64,000 bases of DNA from Puniceicoccaceae bacterium (GCA_040830765.1 JBFOMH010000009.1:1-64000), one strand, 5' to 3'. Positions 31,336-41,856 are shown, counted from the first letter of the stretch. The notes: generated from the sequence alone by a model not told the origin. Numbers and translations: made by a program.

Positions 31336-34300
31336 ATGAAATTAGCTGAGTATTTTCTCAAGAACCGGGTCGTCACGCTGGTGCTGACGGTTCTCCTCAT
31401 CGGCGTAGGGATCAAGTCCTACAACGGCATGAGCCGCCTTGAGGATCCGGAGTTCACCATCAAGGAAGCCCTTGTCATAACCCCCTATCCGGGGGCCTCG
31501 GCCAAAGAGGTCGAGGAAGAAGTCACCGATGAAATCGAGCAGGCGGTGCAAAAGCTGGGCCAACTGGATCGCATCGAGTCCCGGTCGGAACGAGGCCTCT
31601 CAACGGTCACAGTTGTCATCCAGGACAAGTACGACAAGAACACCCTCCCCCAGGTCTGGGACGAGGTCCGGCGCAAAGTTGGTGATGCCCAGAAGAACCT
31701 GCCCCCGGGCACCCAGCCCTCCATGGTCATTGACGATTACGGGGATGTATTTGGCGTCCTTATGGTCGTCTATGGGGATGAGTACACCTATGCGGAATTA
31801 AAGAGCGTTGTTGACACCCTGAAGCGTGAATTGCTGCTCGTCCAGGACGTGGCCAAGATCGAGACGCTCGGGGAAAATCCGGAAGCGATTTACATCGAGC
31901 TCAACCGCAACCGGATGTCCCAGCTGGGGATTCCCGTAGCTGTGGTTATCCAGGAACTGCAGGACAAGAACCTTGTCCAGGACTCCGGTCGGGTCCAGGT
32001 CGGGCGGGAATTCATCACCCTCGATCCAACTGGCGAGATTACCAGCCTGAAGGATTTCGAGGACATCCGCCTCAGTGTCGACGGGTCCCAGTTCCTTTTG
32101 CGGGACATCGCCAGCGTCCGGCGTGGTTACAAGGAGCCGCAAGGGGATATCATCCGCTTCAATGGCCACAATGGTATCGCCCTGGGTATCTCAACCCGCT
32201 CCGGCGGCAATGTCGTGACAATGGGCGAGGCCCTGAAGGCGCGCATGCATGAGTTGGCCGAGGACATACCTCTGGGGATCGAATTTGGTGTCGTTTCCGT
32301 GCAGTCCGATGCTGTTACGGCGGCCATTAACAACTTCATCGTCAGCCTGATGCAGGCAGTGGCCATTGTCATCATCGTCCTGTTGCTGTTCATGGGATTG
32401 CGTAGCGGACTCCTGATCGGATTCATCCTGGTGGTGACGATTGTCGGTTCATTCATCTTCCTCAGTCCGATGGGAGTTGCCCTCGAGCGAATATCGCTGG
32501 GGGCATTGATTATCGCACTGGGGATGCTGGTGGACAACGCGATTGTTGTCGTCGACGGGATGCTCATCCGCATCCAGAAGGGAGAGGAGCCGGAAAAGGC
32601 CGCAGCAACGGTGGTCAGCAAGACAGCTATCCCGCTGCTTGGGGCAACTGCCATAGCCATCCTTGCCTTCGCGGCTATCGGGACATCGGAAGATTCCACA
32701 GGTGAATTTTGCCGCTCCCTCTTCCAGGTAATCCTCGTTTCCCTCACCCTCAGTTGGGTAACCGCTGTCACCATCACGCCACTACTTGGCGTCCTGGTCC
32801 TGAAACGGCCTGAACATAAGGAGGGTGAAGAGGCATCCGATCCCTACGACACCAAGTTCTACCGCGGCTACAAGACCCTCCTGACCCTGTGCGTGCGCAA
32901 TCGCTGGATTACGGTAACTGCCGTTGGCCTCATTTTCGCCATTGCCGTGATAAGCTTTGGCAACGTCAAGAGCTCCTTCTTCCCGCCTTCCACACGGCCA
33001 CAGTTCATGGTCGACCTGTGGATGCCGCAGGGGACGCATATTGATGACACGGCCTCGCGGGCCCTCGATTTGGAGCAACGCCTCATGGAGGAGGATGGCG
33101 TAACCAAGGTAACGACCATTGTCGGCAAAGGTGCCTTGCGATTCCTCCTTACCTATGCGCCGGAAAAGACGAACAGCGCCTATGCCCACTTCCTTGTTGA
33201 TGTGGAGGATCCAAAAGCCATCGACGGCTTGCTCCGGAAGATCGACACGGACTACAACGATGCCTTTACCGAAGCGTACCTGTATGGTTACAAATTCGAA
33301 CTCGGCCCGGGGTCAAAGGGTAAGATCGAACCTCGGATTTACGGCGAGGACCCGGATGTCCTGCGGCGACTCGGCGGCGAGGTGGAAGCTATCATCCGGG
33401 CCCAACCGGATGCCAAGGCAATCACCACCAATTGGCGGGAGCGGGTGAAAATCATCCGACCCCAGGTGCTTGAGGAACAGGCCAGCCTGCTCGGGATCAG
33501 CAAACCGAATATTGCGCAGGTCATGCGCGAGGGATTCCAGGGACTGACGGTCGGCATTTACCGTGAGGAGGACATTCTGCTGCCGATTATCCTCAAGGCC
33601 CCGGCTGATGAGCAATCCCGCAGTGCTTACGAGGACAATCTCCAGATCTGGAGCCCGGTGGCCCAGCGATCCGTCCCCTTGAGGCAGATCGTGACCGGTT
33701 TTGAGACCTCATTCGAGGATGAGATTATCTATCGCCGGGACCGGCGTCGCTCCTACTCGATTTATGCTGACCCAAGCCTGAAGACTTCCGCCGAATTGTT
33801 TGATACGATAAAACCGCAAATCGAAGCGGTTGAGATGCCGGATGGTTACTTCCTTGAGTGGGGTGGCGAATACGAGGACTCCGCCCGGGCCAAGGGCTCC
33901 CTTGCAGCTTCCATTCCGACCTTCATTGGGGCCATGATCCTGATGACCATTCTGCTCTTCAATTCCTTGCGACAACCGCTGGTGATCTGGCTTTGTGTGC
34001 CATTGATCATCATCGGGGTCACGATGGGCCTGCTGATGTTTGATCAACCGTTCAACTTCATGGCTATCCTGGGTTTCCTGAGCCTGGTCGGCATGCTGAT
34101 CAAGAATGCCATCGTGCTGATTGATGAAATCAACGAACAGAACCGCCTCGGCAACAATCCCATGAAGGCGATCATTGATTCCGGAACCAGCCGGCTGCGA
34201 CCGGTTGCGATGGCTGCAGCCACGACCGCACTGGGGATGATCCCGCTCTTCTCGGATGACTTCTTCATCGCCATGGCCATCACGATCATCTTCGGCCTCA

Positions 34301-34374
34301 TGGTGGGTACCGTCCTGACGATGCTGGTCCTGCCGGTCTTTTATGCTATCATCTTCCGCGTGCCCAACGACTAG
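31336..34374 (+). CDS. RND efflux permease (AcrB/AcrD/AcrF family)
   Basis: 1012 aa; RLEDPEF, YPGAS, LGMLVDNAIVV, IKNAIVLID, RLRPVAM. Confidence 0.96.
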   Translation: MKLAEYFLKNRVVTLVLTVLLIGVGIKSYNGMSRLEDPEFTIKEALVITPYPGASAKEVEEEVTDEIEQAVQKLGQLDRIESRSERGLSTVTVVIQDKYDKNTLPQVWDEVRRKVGDAQKNLPPGTQPSMVIDDYGDVFGVLMVVYGDEYTYAELKSVVDTLKRELLLVQDVAKIETLGENPEAIYIELNRNRMSQLGIPVAVVIQELQDKNLVQDSGRVQVGREFITLDPTGEITSLKDFEDIRLSVDGSQFLLRDIASVRRGYKEPQGDIIRFNGHNGIALGISTRSGGNVVTMGEALKARMHELAEDIPLGIEFGVVSVQSDAVTAAINNFIVSLMQAVAIVIIVLLLFMGLRSGLLIGFILVVTIVGSFIFLSPMGVALERISLGALIIALGMLVDNAIVVVDGMLIRIQKGEEPEKAAATVVSKTAIPLLGATAIAILAFAAIGTSEDSTGEFCRSLFQVILVSLTLSWVTAVTITPLLGVLVLKRPEHKEGEEASDPYDTKFYRGYKTLLTLCVRNRWITVTAVGLIFAIAVISFGNVKSSFFPPSTRPQFMVDLWMPQGTHIDDTASRALDLEQRLMEEDGVTKVTTIVGKGALRFLLTYAPEKTNSAYAHFLVDVEDPKAIDGLLRKIDTDYNDAFTEAYLYGYKFELGPGSKGKIEPRIYGEDPDVLRRLGGEVEAIIRAQPDAKAITTNWRERVKIIRPQVLEEQASLLGISKPNIAQVMREGFQGLTVGIYREEDILLPIILKAPADEQSRSAYEDNLQIWSPVAQRSVPLRQIVTGFETSFEDEIIYRRDRRRSYSIYADPSLKTSAELFDTIKPQIEAVEMPDGYFLEWGGEYEDSARAKGSLAASIPTFIGAMILMTILLFNSLRQPLVIWLCVPLIIIGVTMGLLMFDQPFNFMAILGFLSLVGMLIKNAIVLIDEINEQNRLGNNPMKAIIDSGTSRLRPVAMAAATTALGMIPLFSDDFFIAMAITIIFGLMVGTVLTMLVLPVFYAIIFRVPND

Positions 34375-34382
34375 GGCGCCCC

Positions 34383-35174
34383 TCAGCCAAGGGTGATCTC
34401 GCCCCGAAGGTAGGTCCTCGCATTGCCCCCGATGCGGACGCGTTCGCCTGAATCGCGACAGAAAAACTCCCCTCCCCTTGGGGAGATTTGCAGGCCGCGC
34501 AGGTTGACCTTGCCGAGCCGGTTGGCCCAGTAGGGTATGAGCGTGCAATGGGCCGAACCGGTTGCCGGATCCTCGTCTATCCCGGCGCGTGGTGCGAAAA
34601 AGCGGGAGACAAAGTCCACTTCAGCATCGTCCCCGGGAGCAGTGACGATCACGCCGAGGCATTCCCAATCCAGCATGGCGGAAAAGTCCGGTTGCAGGGA
34701 CCTGACTGCCTCCTCACTGGAATAGACAATGAAGTAATCCCGGGCCGCCAGGCACTCATCAGGGACACCTCCGAGGACTCGCTGGAGGTTGGATGGTGCC
34801 TCCAGGGACTTGGGAGGGCGTGATGGAAAATCCAATACAAGTCGACTGCTGTTGCGGGAGACCCCAACCTCCCCACTGAGGGTGTCAAAGCGAATCTCGT
34901 GAGCCCCGTACTGCACCTCGTTGAAGAGGACATGGGCAGTGGCGATGGTCGCATGTCCACAAAGGTCGACTTCCACTGCGGGAGTGAACCAGCGAAGGCC
35001 AAACCATTCACCCTTTTGGAGAACAAAGGCTGTTTCCGAAAGATTGTGCTCCGCGGCCATGGCCTGCATGACGTCGTCCGGAAGCCAATCCCCCTCAAGC
35101 AGACAGACGCCAGCCGGATTGCCTTTGAAAGCCTCATTGGCAAAAACATCGACATGGTAGTACGGAAGCTTCAT
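34383..35174 (-). CDS. PhzF family isomerase/epimerase
   Basis: Start MKLPYYHVDVF at 35174; GNPAGV, NLSETAF, RWFTP..EVDLCGHAT, EDPATGSAH. Confidence 0.93.
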   Translation of the reverse strand: MKLPYYHVDVFANEAFKGNPAGVCLLEGDWLPDDVMQAMAAEHNLSETAFVLQKGEWFGLRWFTPAVEVDLCGHATIATAHVLFNEVQYGAHEIRFDTLSGEVGVSRNSSRLVLDFPSRPPKSLEAPSNLQRVLGGVPDECLAARDYFIVYSSEEAVRSLQPDFSAMLDWECLGVIVTAPGDDAEVDFVSRFFAPRAGIDEDPATGSAHCTLIPYWANRLGKVNLRGLQISPRGGEFFCRDSGERVRIGGNARTYLRGEITLG

Positions 35175-35608
35175 GCCGACTCCGCGAATTCCTTGAAGCG
35201 CATCATCATGGTGAAAGTCTGCTTCTTGAAGGCTCCCGGCATAAGCAGCCCCATTAGTTTCATCATGAGGCCGGAAAACTTGAACTCGGTTTGGATAGTC
35301 CACTTGGTCGCTTGCGGTCCGGTTTTCTCGAAGCGGTTTTCGACTAGATTCCAGACTCCCTTGGCCTCGTAGGTTCCACTGAACTTGTCGGGGAAGTCGC
35401 GAACCGTGATCGTCTCCACCAGTTCAACTTCCCGTTTGCCCATGCGATAAAGCATCCTCGACTGGGCTCCTTCCTGACCCGGTTCCCCGCTGATCGCTTC
35501 GAAACTGACCAGCTCGGGCTGCCACTTCTTCATATTTTCCGTACTGTCAAACAGCTCGATAACCCGGTCCCGGGGCAGGCTGATATGTATTTCCTTAACG
35601 TAGCGCAT
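35171..35608 (-). CDS. SRPBCC (START-like) family protein
   Basis: Size and pattern (I.LPRD.V..LF...ENM.KWQ, C-terminal helix FK.FAE); 4-bp overlap with the PhzF-like gene. Confidence 0.8.
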   Translation of the reverse strand: MRYVKEIHISLPRDRVIELFDSTENMKKWQPELVSFEAISGEPGQEGAQSRMLYRMGKREVELVETITVRDFPDKFSGTYEAKGVWNLVENRFEKTGPQATKWTIQTEFKFSGLMMKLMGLLMPGAFKKQTFTMMMRFKEFAESA

Positions 35609-35624
35609 GATCGATCACTCCCGT

Positions 35625-35954
35625 TCAGTGGGTGGCAAGATAGGGAATCGCTCCCGTCAGGTCCGTGTCATCAATGACGACGAAATACCCCTCCGTACCG
35701 GCTTTCCTCGCCTCGGCATAAGGAGCATAATCCGGATCGTCCATGAAGGATTGAACCGCTTCGCGGGAAGGAAACTCAATCAAAGCGATCAAGGCCAGTC
35801 CGGGATCCTCTCCCTCGACGGTATCGATATTTCCAGACCGTGAGAGATATTTGCCTCCGTGGCGGTGAACGATATCGTGGACATTGGCGGCGTAGTCAGG
35901 AATCCAGCTTTCATCAACGACCTTCTGGACGTTGGCAATCAGGTATACGGACAT
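35625..35954 (-). CDS. DUF1330 family protein
   Basis: HGGKYL.R, LIEFPS, F...PDY; AGGAGG RBS upstream. Confidence 0.85.
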   Translation of the reverse strand: MSVYLIANVQKVVDESWIPDYAANVHDIVHRHGGKYLSRSGNIDTVEGEDPGLALIALIEFPSREAVQSFMDDPDYAPYAEARKAGTEGYFVVIDDTDLTGAIPYLATH

Positions 35955-36055
35955 AATCGGTTCCTCCTAAGAAAGGTTAACATTTGAGAGAGCCGACAGG
36001 TTAGCAAATGCACTCTCTAAGCTCAAGACAAGGATGGCTCCTTGGAGCCGTTCGT

Positions 36056-36451
36056 TCAGGATGCCTCGGGCACTACCGATGAGTGATGATGGAGGATGGG
36101 GGTTTCCCTCGCCGTATCGATGAGGTATGTAAACCGGGCTTCAATCCGGCTTTGCTGGCCATCCTTGCTCCATTCCCAGAGATACTTGCCGCTAAGGCAA
36201 TGCACAGAGCCCTCTATCGATTGACTGACGAGAGTATCCTCGTGAATGAGGACATGAATGGCGTCATATCCGGAAAGACCGTCGAAATAATCCCCGATGC
36301 TGTCACTGGAGGCCCGGATCGTCCCGGAAAAGGTAGGCAGGAGAACGGCATCAGCCGTGTACAAGGCAAGGACTCCATCCTTGTCGGCTGTGTTAACCAG
36401 GCGATTCCATTCTGATAGAACTTCACGGGGGCTCTCGTACTTTCCACTCAT
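36056..36451 (-). CDS. NTF2-like protein (DUF4440 / CaMKII association domain-like)
   Basis: W......D...V.ALY..DAVLLPT, ARFTY, ILHHHSS.VP. Confidence 0.8.
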   Translation of the reverse strand: MSGKYESPREVLSEWNRLVNTADKDGVLALYTADAVLLPTFSGTIRASSDSIGDYFDGLSGYDAIHVLIHEDTLVSQSIEGSVHCLSGKYLWEWSKDGQQSRIEARFTYLIDTARETPILHHHSSVVPEAS

Positions 36452-36627
36452 TCGTCATATTCCGGCAAAGATATCAGGCGAAATCAATGCCTATATGGAC
36501 AAGCGATACAAAACCGGAACGGCTGAGAAAAAATTTCTGTACCCGATGGACGGTTAAAACTGGCCTTGCAACTGGCAAACTGTCTGGATTGCGATACCAT
36601 CAAACAAACCATCAACCAAAGGAAGAA

Positions 36628-37386
36628 ATGAAGCCACTGGAAGGAAAAGTCGCCCTCGTCACCGGAGGAACAACAGGAATCGGACGGGACACAGCCGTTA
36701 TTCTAGCAGAAGCCGGAGCGAAGGTGATTGCCACCGGACGCCGCGAGAATGAAGGAATGGAAACGGTCCGATTGATGAAAGAGTCCGGTGGGGAAGGCCT
36801 TTACATCCAGATGGACGTAAAATCCGAGGCCGATATCGTACGGACTGTCCAGACAGTGAAAGAGACCTACGGCAAGCTGGACATCGCGGTCAACAATGCC
36901 GGGGTGGAGTCACTGGGGGCCATTACCGAAATTGAAAAAGATGGTTATGATCATCTTTTTGATATCAATGTCTGGGGTGTCCTGGCCTCGATGAAACACG
37001 AGATTCCTCTCATGCTGGAAAACGGCGGGGGTTCCATCATTAACATGTCCAGCATCGCCGGGCACATCGGTTTCCCCAACATGGCGGTCTACATCGCCAG
37101 CAAGCACGCCGTCGAAGGCCTGACCAAGGTTGCCTCGCTGGAGTATGCAACTGAAGGAATCCGGGTAAACGCCATTGCCCCGGCTGTCATCGAAACCGCC
37201 ATGGCGGATCGCCTTCTGGATTCCTTCGGTGAAGGAAGCAGTGAACAGATTGCCGGCCTGCATCCAATCGGACGCTTTGGCAAGGTGAGGGAAATTTCCG
37301 AAGCCGTCTTGTTTCTGGCCAGCGATGCCTCCAGCTACATCACCGGTGTCAGCCTGAAGGTTGATGGTGGCTTCACCGCCCGCTAA
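36628..37386 (+). CDS. SDR family oxidoreductase
   Basis: Start ATG 36628 with AAGGAAG upstream; TGGTTGIG, NNAG, YIASK, IRVNAIAP, VDGG. Confidence 0.95.
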   Translation: MKPLEGKVALVTGGTTGIGRDTAVILAEAGAKVIATGRRENEGMETVRLMKESGGEGLYIQMDVKSEADIVRTVQTVKETYGKLDIAVNNAGVESLGAITEIEKDGYDHLFDINVWGVLASMKHEIPLMLENGGGSIINMSSIAGHIGFPNMAVYIASKHAVEGLTKVASLEYATEGIRVNAIAPAVIETAMADRLLDSFGEGSSEQIAGLHPIGRFGKVREISEAVLFLASDASSYITGVSLKVDGGFTAR

Positions 37387-37396
37387 CTGTCTAGCT

Positions 37397-37939
37397 TCAG
37401 TCTCCCAGCACTCCGCGTGCAATCTTGACGGCCTGCTTGTAATGAATCATGAGGTGGAAACCGAACATGCAGTGCCATTGATGGGCATCAAAGTCGCCAA
37501 ATACCGGATGCGGCCGTGTAGCCGTTCCTCTCAAGGCCCCAAGGTCCGGGAGTAAATCGAGATACTCATCCACCGACAACCGGAAGGCCTCAATCTGCTC
37601 CGGTCCGGGATTTGCACCGGGCATGACACCAGTCTTGGGATCAATCTTACCGGCTACCTTGGGCAGTTCCCCCTTGGCTAGACTTCCCACTATGTCCGCC
37701 ATGATCCGGTTCACGATGGCATTGTGCTCTAGAAGCATATACAACGACCATCCACGCATATCCTCGTCCACTCCTGGCATTTTCGGGACCCGAAACGATT
37801 TCATACCCGACTCCGGATCCACACCCGTTGCTAACTGGAGGTACTTGTCAGTCAACCGTTGGATTTGCCTGGTGGCTTGATCCCGGCTGGTGATGGCGAA
37901 CTTCGAGCGGACGGCAGCTTTCAGAATTTTGTCTGTCAT
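37397..37939 (-). CDS. Hypothetical protein, DinB/YfiT-like
   Basis: WS..MLLEH, HPVFG.F...QW......H...H..Q His pattern. Confidence 0.65.
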   Translation of the reverse strand: MTDKILKAAVRSKFAITSRDQATRQIQRLTDKYLQLATGVDPESGMKSFRVPKMPGVDEDMRGWSLYMLLEHNAIVNRIMADIVGSLAKGELPKVAGKIDPKTGVMPGANPGPEQIEAFRLSVDEYLDLLPDLGALRGTATRPHPVFGDFDAHQWHCMFGFHLMIHYKQAVKIARGVLGD

Positions 37940-37941
37940 GA

Positions 37942-38568
37942 TTATAGATTCCGGTATTCCGACTGCCTTAGCAATCCCGCAGAGAGAAGCAGCTCCTGGA
38001 CTTGATGAATACCGACCACCTTTTCCGCTTGCATACCCAAAGCCCTTGCCGCTCTCACGTTTTTCAGCCTGTCATCCAGGAACAGGCATTCGGGCGGGCG
38101 AAGACCCATTGTCTCGACGACATCCGCAAAGGCAGCCCTGTCCGGCTTGACCAACCCGGTTTGATAGGAAAGGAAGCACTGATCGAGAAGGTCCAGAATA
38201 TCCGTCCGCTCCCTGAGCGCGTCGATATGCACCGGGTTTGTATTGGAAAGACAGGCGATTTTGTAGTTGTTTTTCAGGACACGAAGCAGATTGATGGCGC
38301 CGGGAAAAGGATTCCCAAGGAATCGCGAATGGGCTTCCCGGAATGCCGCCTCGTCGACCTCAACACCAAGATCGCCAATTGCCTGTTCACAAAACCCGGC
38401 AAACCCGATCTTCCCGGTTTCGAAGGCCCTCACCGCCGCCGAGGCAAACCAAGCTTCTCTTACTGCTTCCGGATTAGCCAGGCCGGGACACATTTCCATC
38501 AGGGCCTCTTCCTCCTTCAGTTCAACAAGGACTCCACCAAGATCAAAGAGGATGCACTTAATTTCCAT
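37942..38568 (-). CDS. HAD superfamily phosphatase (YihX-like)
   Basis: Start ATG 38568; LFDLGGVL, LSNTN, KPD, FLDD..KNV..A. Confidence 0.92.
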   Translation of the reverse strand: MEIKCILFDLGGVLVELKEEEALMEMCPGLANPEAVREAWFASAAVRAFETGKIGFAGFCEQAIGDLGVEVDEAAFREAHSRFLGNPFPGAINLLRVLKNNYKIACLSNTNPVHIDALRERTDILDLLDQCFLSYQTGLVKPDRAAFADVVETMGLRPPECLFLDDRLKNVRAARALGMQAEKVVGIHQVQELLLSAGLLRQSEYRNL

Positions 38569-38578
38569 TTGCCTTTTG

Positions 38579-39277
38579 TCAGAACTGTCCGGATACACCA
38601 AGCCCGACCCACGAGACATCTCCCAGTCCATCATTCTCGACATCCTTTTGGGCCCATGAGTGATTCAAGGAACAAAACAGGGAGGACTTGTGCCCCAGCG
38701 GACAGTGAATCGCCAACCCGGCCTGAAAGTTGTTCAGACCGTCATGCTCCTTGCTGGCATAGCCGAAATCAATCGCCTGCAGGAGGTACGGTTCCACCAC
38801 GAGGCGGCCTTCCAGGAGGGAAATGTCGGTGGAAACAAACAGTTCCAGGAATCCGCCATCCGCGCCTGTCGAGTAGGTATATGTGGCACCGCAGACCAGA
38901 TGCGGAATTTCCCCATAGGCTACTCCAAAATGGACTTCATTGTCGCTTTCGTTGTCCGCCGTGAATTCCAACCGGGTATATCCAGTATGGGCTTCAAGAA
39001 TGCCGATCTCGAATCCATACTCCAGATACAGGTTTAACTCCTCATAGGAAACGCTATCCCCAACAGCAAACCAGATTCCCGCAACAAGGTCCTTCCAGCC
39101 GATGTCGATTTCGCCGGACAAGAGTCCGCCTTCTTCCAGATTGTCGCGGCCTTCGGAAACGTAGCGGGATTCCCACAACAGACCATAACCGACCGGAACA
39201 TCAGCAACTGTTTGAGAAACCGGTAGGCACGTCAAAACCAATAAATGCAAAATCCCCGCTACAAAGCACTTCTTCAT
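38579..39277 (-). CDS. Putative small outer membrane beta-barrel/porin
   Basis: Signal peptide from ATG 39277, SRYVSEGRD, alternating beta strands, C-terminal WVGLGVSGQF; only the last 232 aa of the listed 530-aa ORF. Confidence 0.72.
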   Translation of the reverse strand: MKKCFVAGILHLLVLTCLPVSQTVADVPVGYGLLWESRYVSEGRDNLEEGGLLSGEIDIGWKDLVAGIWFAVGDSVSYEELNLYLEYGFEIGILEAHTGYTRLEFTADNESDNEVHFGVAYGEIPHLVCGATYTYSTGADGGFLELFVSTDISLLEGRLVVEPYLLQAIDFGYASKEHDGLNNFQAGLAIHCPLGHKSSLFCSLNHSWAQKDVENDGLGDVSWVGLGVSGQF

Positions 39278-39357
39278 CGGAATTGATGAGATACCAAAGA
39301 GGGTAAACCCGTCAAGGAAGGCTGTGGTAAAAGTTGCATCTGATTGGAAATCTTCAG

Positions 39358-40701
39358 TCAAATGCCCAATTCCTTGCGCATCTGCAGAAATCCGAAAACC
39401 AGGAATATAAACAGGGTGCCACAGAGGACGGCAACGGTCAGGAAGCGGTTCTGCTGGGGACCAACCCAATCCTCGTTGCCGTTCAACCGAAGGAGGACCA
39501 GGGCCAGCAAAGGCATAAAAAGAGATCCAAAAATGGCGTAGACCTTCTGCACCAAGCTGAAATCGACAAAGAGACCCAGCATCGGGACAGTGGCGATAAG
39601 ATAAAGGTAGGCGTTGTAGGCAGGACTTTTGGTGATCTTTTCTCTTTCGACCGCGGATACTGGCCCAGACCGGTCTTTCCGGGTTATCCGCCAATAATCG
39701 GCAAACAAGTACGGAACCGCCTGCCACACACCGAGCAAGCTGCTGAAAATAGCACTCCAGGCACCCAATAAAAAGGCCCATCGGCCGACTACACCGATAG
39801 ATGACTCCAGGAGCAGGCCCAACTGCACGACCAAGGTTGCTCCTCCGCCTGGTGGCAGTTCCGGGATCGAACTCCCAATGATGACCATCGACAATCCGAA
39901 TATTGCAGTGGCCAGATAGGCGAATCCGAGGTCCAGGCGACAGTTGTTCAAATGGCCGATTCCCGTCATTCCTGATTCCCGCATCCAGTAACCATAGCAA
40001 AGGATTGTCAGGGTACCGCCAACTCCGCCCATGAGGGCAATTGTCCAGCCCAGTCCAGGCCCATCGATTGAGGGAATGATCGGAACAAAAAGCCCGCTGG
40101 TCACAGCGCCCCAGTCCTGACAAATGATGATAGCCGTAGTCACCACGACAACAAACATCAACCCGATACAAACCAGCATCACCTTCTTGAAGAGCCTGAA
40201 TCCGCCGGCCTTTACCAGGACGACACCGAGGACGCTATGGATAATACCAAAGACAATTTTCCCATGGTCCGGGTCGTCAAATACCGGGATAATGGCCTGC
40301 ATGGCCACGCCACAAGCGGACATTAATGCTAACCCGACAAAAAAACTCCACAGGAGCAGGTAGGGAAGAAAGACAAAGGTGACGGGACGACCCAGGCGCT
40401 GAATGGCCCCCTCCAGCAGGGTTTCCTTGGTTGCCAATTGCCACCGTGCGAGGCCTTCGTTGAGGACAAACTTTAGGAAAGCCCCGAGCAGAACAGCCCA
40501 AAGAACGGCAACACCCAACTTGTTCCCCGTAAAGGCCGCTGTTGCGAGGTCCCCTGCCCCCACCCCCGTGGCGGCAACAAGGATGCCCGGGCCAACCAGC
40601 ACCAATAGGCTGAAAAATCGATTTCCGGACGGTTTCAATGGATTGGAAGGGGGTTCATTGGTAAATTTTATCTGACAATTCCGGGGATATCGGCCTGTCA
40701 T
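39358..40701 (-). CDS. Nramp-like divalent metal transporter family permease
   Basis: GPGILVAATGVGAGDL, LKFVLNEG, many TM segments; true start may be downstream (e.g. TTG at 40638). Confidence 0.8.
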   Translation of the reverse strand: MTGRYPRNCQIKFTNEPPSNPLKPSGNRFFSLLVLVGPGILVAATGVGAGDLATAAFTGNKLGVAVLWAVLLGAFLKFVLNEGLARWQLATKETLLEGAIQRLGRPVTFVFLPYLLLWSFFVGLALMSACGVAMQAIIPVFDDPDHGKIVFGIIHSVLGVVLVKAGGFRLFKKVMLVCIGLMFVVVVTTAIIICQDWGAVTSGLFVPIIPSIDGPGLGWTIALMGGVGGTLTILCYGYWMRESGMTGIGHLNNCRLDLGFAYLATAIFGLSMVIIGSSIPELPPGGGATLVVQLGLLLESSIGVVGRWAFLLGAWSAIFSSLLGVWQAVPYLFADYWRITRKDRSGPVSAVEREKITKSPAYNAYLYLIATVPMLGLFVDFSLVQKVYAIFGSLFMPLLALVLLRLNGNEDWVGPQQNRFLTVAVLCGTLFIFLVFGFLQMRKELGI

Positions 40702-40739
40702 TTGACAGAATTGACCTACTGCCTCATTTTACTTCTACC

Positions 40740-41282
40740 ATGAGAAAATTAGCAACCATCATCTCGCTGTCCCTCCTCACACTCGCTTTTCAAGCAGAAG
40801 CGGCCAAGAAAGTCGTTCTCGATGCACAAATTGAAGAAGCGGTCGAAAGTTTCTACGAGTTGACCTCAGCTGGAAAGAAACTGGCCAAGAAATCCGAGGG
40901 CATGCTGGTTTTCCCCAGTGTCAAGAAGGCTGGTATTGGAATCGGGGGAGAATACGGAGAAGGTGCCCTTCTGGTCGACGGGAAGATTGTCCAGTACTAC
41001 AGCACGGCCGCCGCATCCATCGGCTTTCAACTGGGTGCCCAGGTGAAGACCCAGATCATTCTCTTCATGGACAAGGGTGCCCTGAAGAACTTCCGCAACA
41101 GTGACGGTTGGGAAGTCGGCGTGGATGGCAGTGTTGCCATCGCGACACTCGGTGCCGGGGGCGAGATCGAGACCAAGACCCTCAACCAGCCCATCATCGG
41201 ATTTATTTTTGGCAATAAGGGCCTGATGTATAACTTGACCCTGGAAGGCTCCAAGCTGAGCAAGATCGAGAAGAAAAAGTAA
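40740..41282 (+). CDS. Secreted YSC84/SYLF lipid-binding domain protein
   Basis: Signal peptide, LVFP.V.KAG.GIGGEYGEG.L, SIGFQLGAQ, GLMYNLTLEGSK. Confidence 0.9.
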   Translation: MRKLATIISLSLLTLAFQAEAAKKVVLDAQIEEAVESFYELTSAGKKLAKKSEGMLVFPSVKKAGIGIGGEYGEGALLVDGKIVQYYSTAAASIGFQLGAQVKTQIILFMDKGALKNFRNSDGWEVGVDGSVAIATLGAGGEIETKTLNQPIIGFIFGNKGLMYNLTLEGSKLSKIEKKK

Positions 41283-41323
41283 CTGGAAATCGGTCCCCGA
41301 AACCTGAAATTGCAGAAATTCAT

Positions 41324-41353
41324 GAGCCAGGGTAAATTGCCCTGGCTCTTTTT
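41324..41353 (+). terminator. Rho-independent terminator
   Basis: GAGCCAGGG-TAAATTG-CCCTGGCTC followed by TTTTT, between convergent genes. Confidence 0.85.
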
Positions 41354-41377
41354 ATGGCTGTAAAAACAGACGAATGA

Positions 41378-41788
41378 TTAACGCAACCTGCTGACAGCTG
41401 CTTCCCCTTCTGTTTCTGGAACTTGCTCAAATTTAGGACGACCCGCAGGCCAGCCCCACTTGATCACACACCTGATGTAGACTACTTCGCCGGGCTGAAT
41501 ATAGACCGATAAAAAATCCTGACCATCAAGTGAAGGTCCTCGAACCGAAAAGTAATGTTCACCTGGCTCAACAGTTCTCTCAAAAACTTGCCCATTGGAA
41601 AGCGACCCCATGGGCCGGCCTTGGTCTTCAATATTGAATCGAATCGCGGCCCCCTTGGCTTTTTTTGGCCGATAGAAGACAATTTTACCGGGTTCGTCCG
41701 TGTCTTCTGAAGAAGCCATCGTCTCGGCAATGACCGGAGTGGTGAGAAACGCAATTAGGGAAAGAAAGAAAATGGACTTGTTCATCAT
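41378..41788 (-). CDS. Secreted DUF2846-like protein
   Basis: Signal peptide from ATG 41788, IVFYRP, G.LSNG, VEPGEH, PGEVVYI. Confidence 0.75.
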   Translation of the reverse strand: MMNKSIFFLSLIAFLTTPVIAETMASSEDTDEPGKIVFYRPKKAKGAAIRFNIEDQGRPMGSLSNGQVFERTVEPGEHYFSVRGPSLDGQDFLSVYIQPGEVVYIRCVIKWGWPAGRPKFEQVPETEGEAAVSRLR

Positions 41789-41856
41789 CAGAAATGAGTG
41801 GTTAAAATACTTACGGATCGGATTAAACCGATAATCTTTCAACCTGCAAAGTCAAA

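Noticed and set aside
36034..36051. Palindrome ATGGCTCC-TT-GGAGCCGT as a second REP copy
   Set aside because: Sequence unrelated to the 3335 element and single; most likely a local hairpin after a stop codon.
38579..40171. 530-aa ORF overlapping the Nramp-like gene in another frame (possible frameshift fusion)
   Set aside because: The first 298 aa look like off-frame translation; a clean signal peptide begins at ATG 39277; no slippery site identified.
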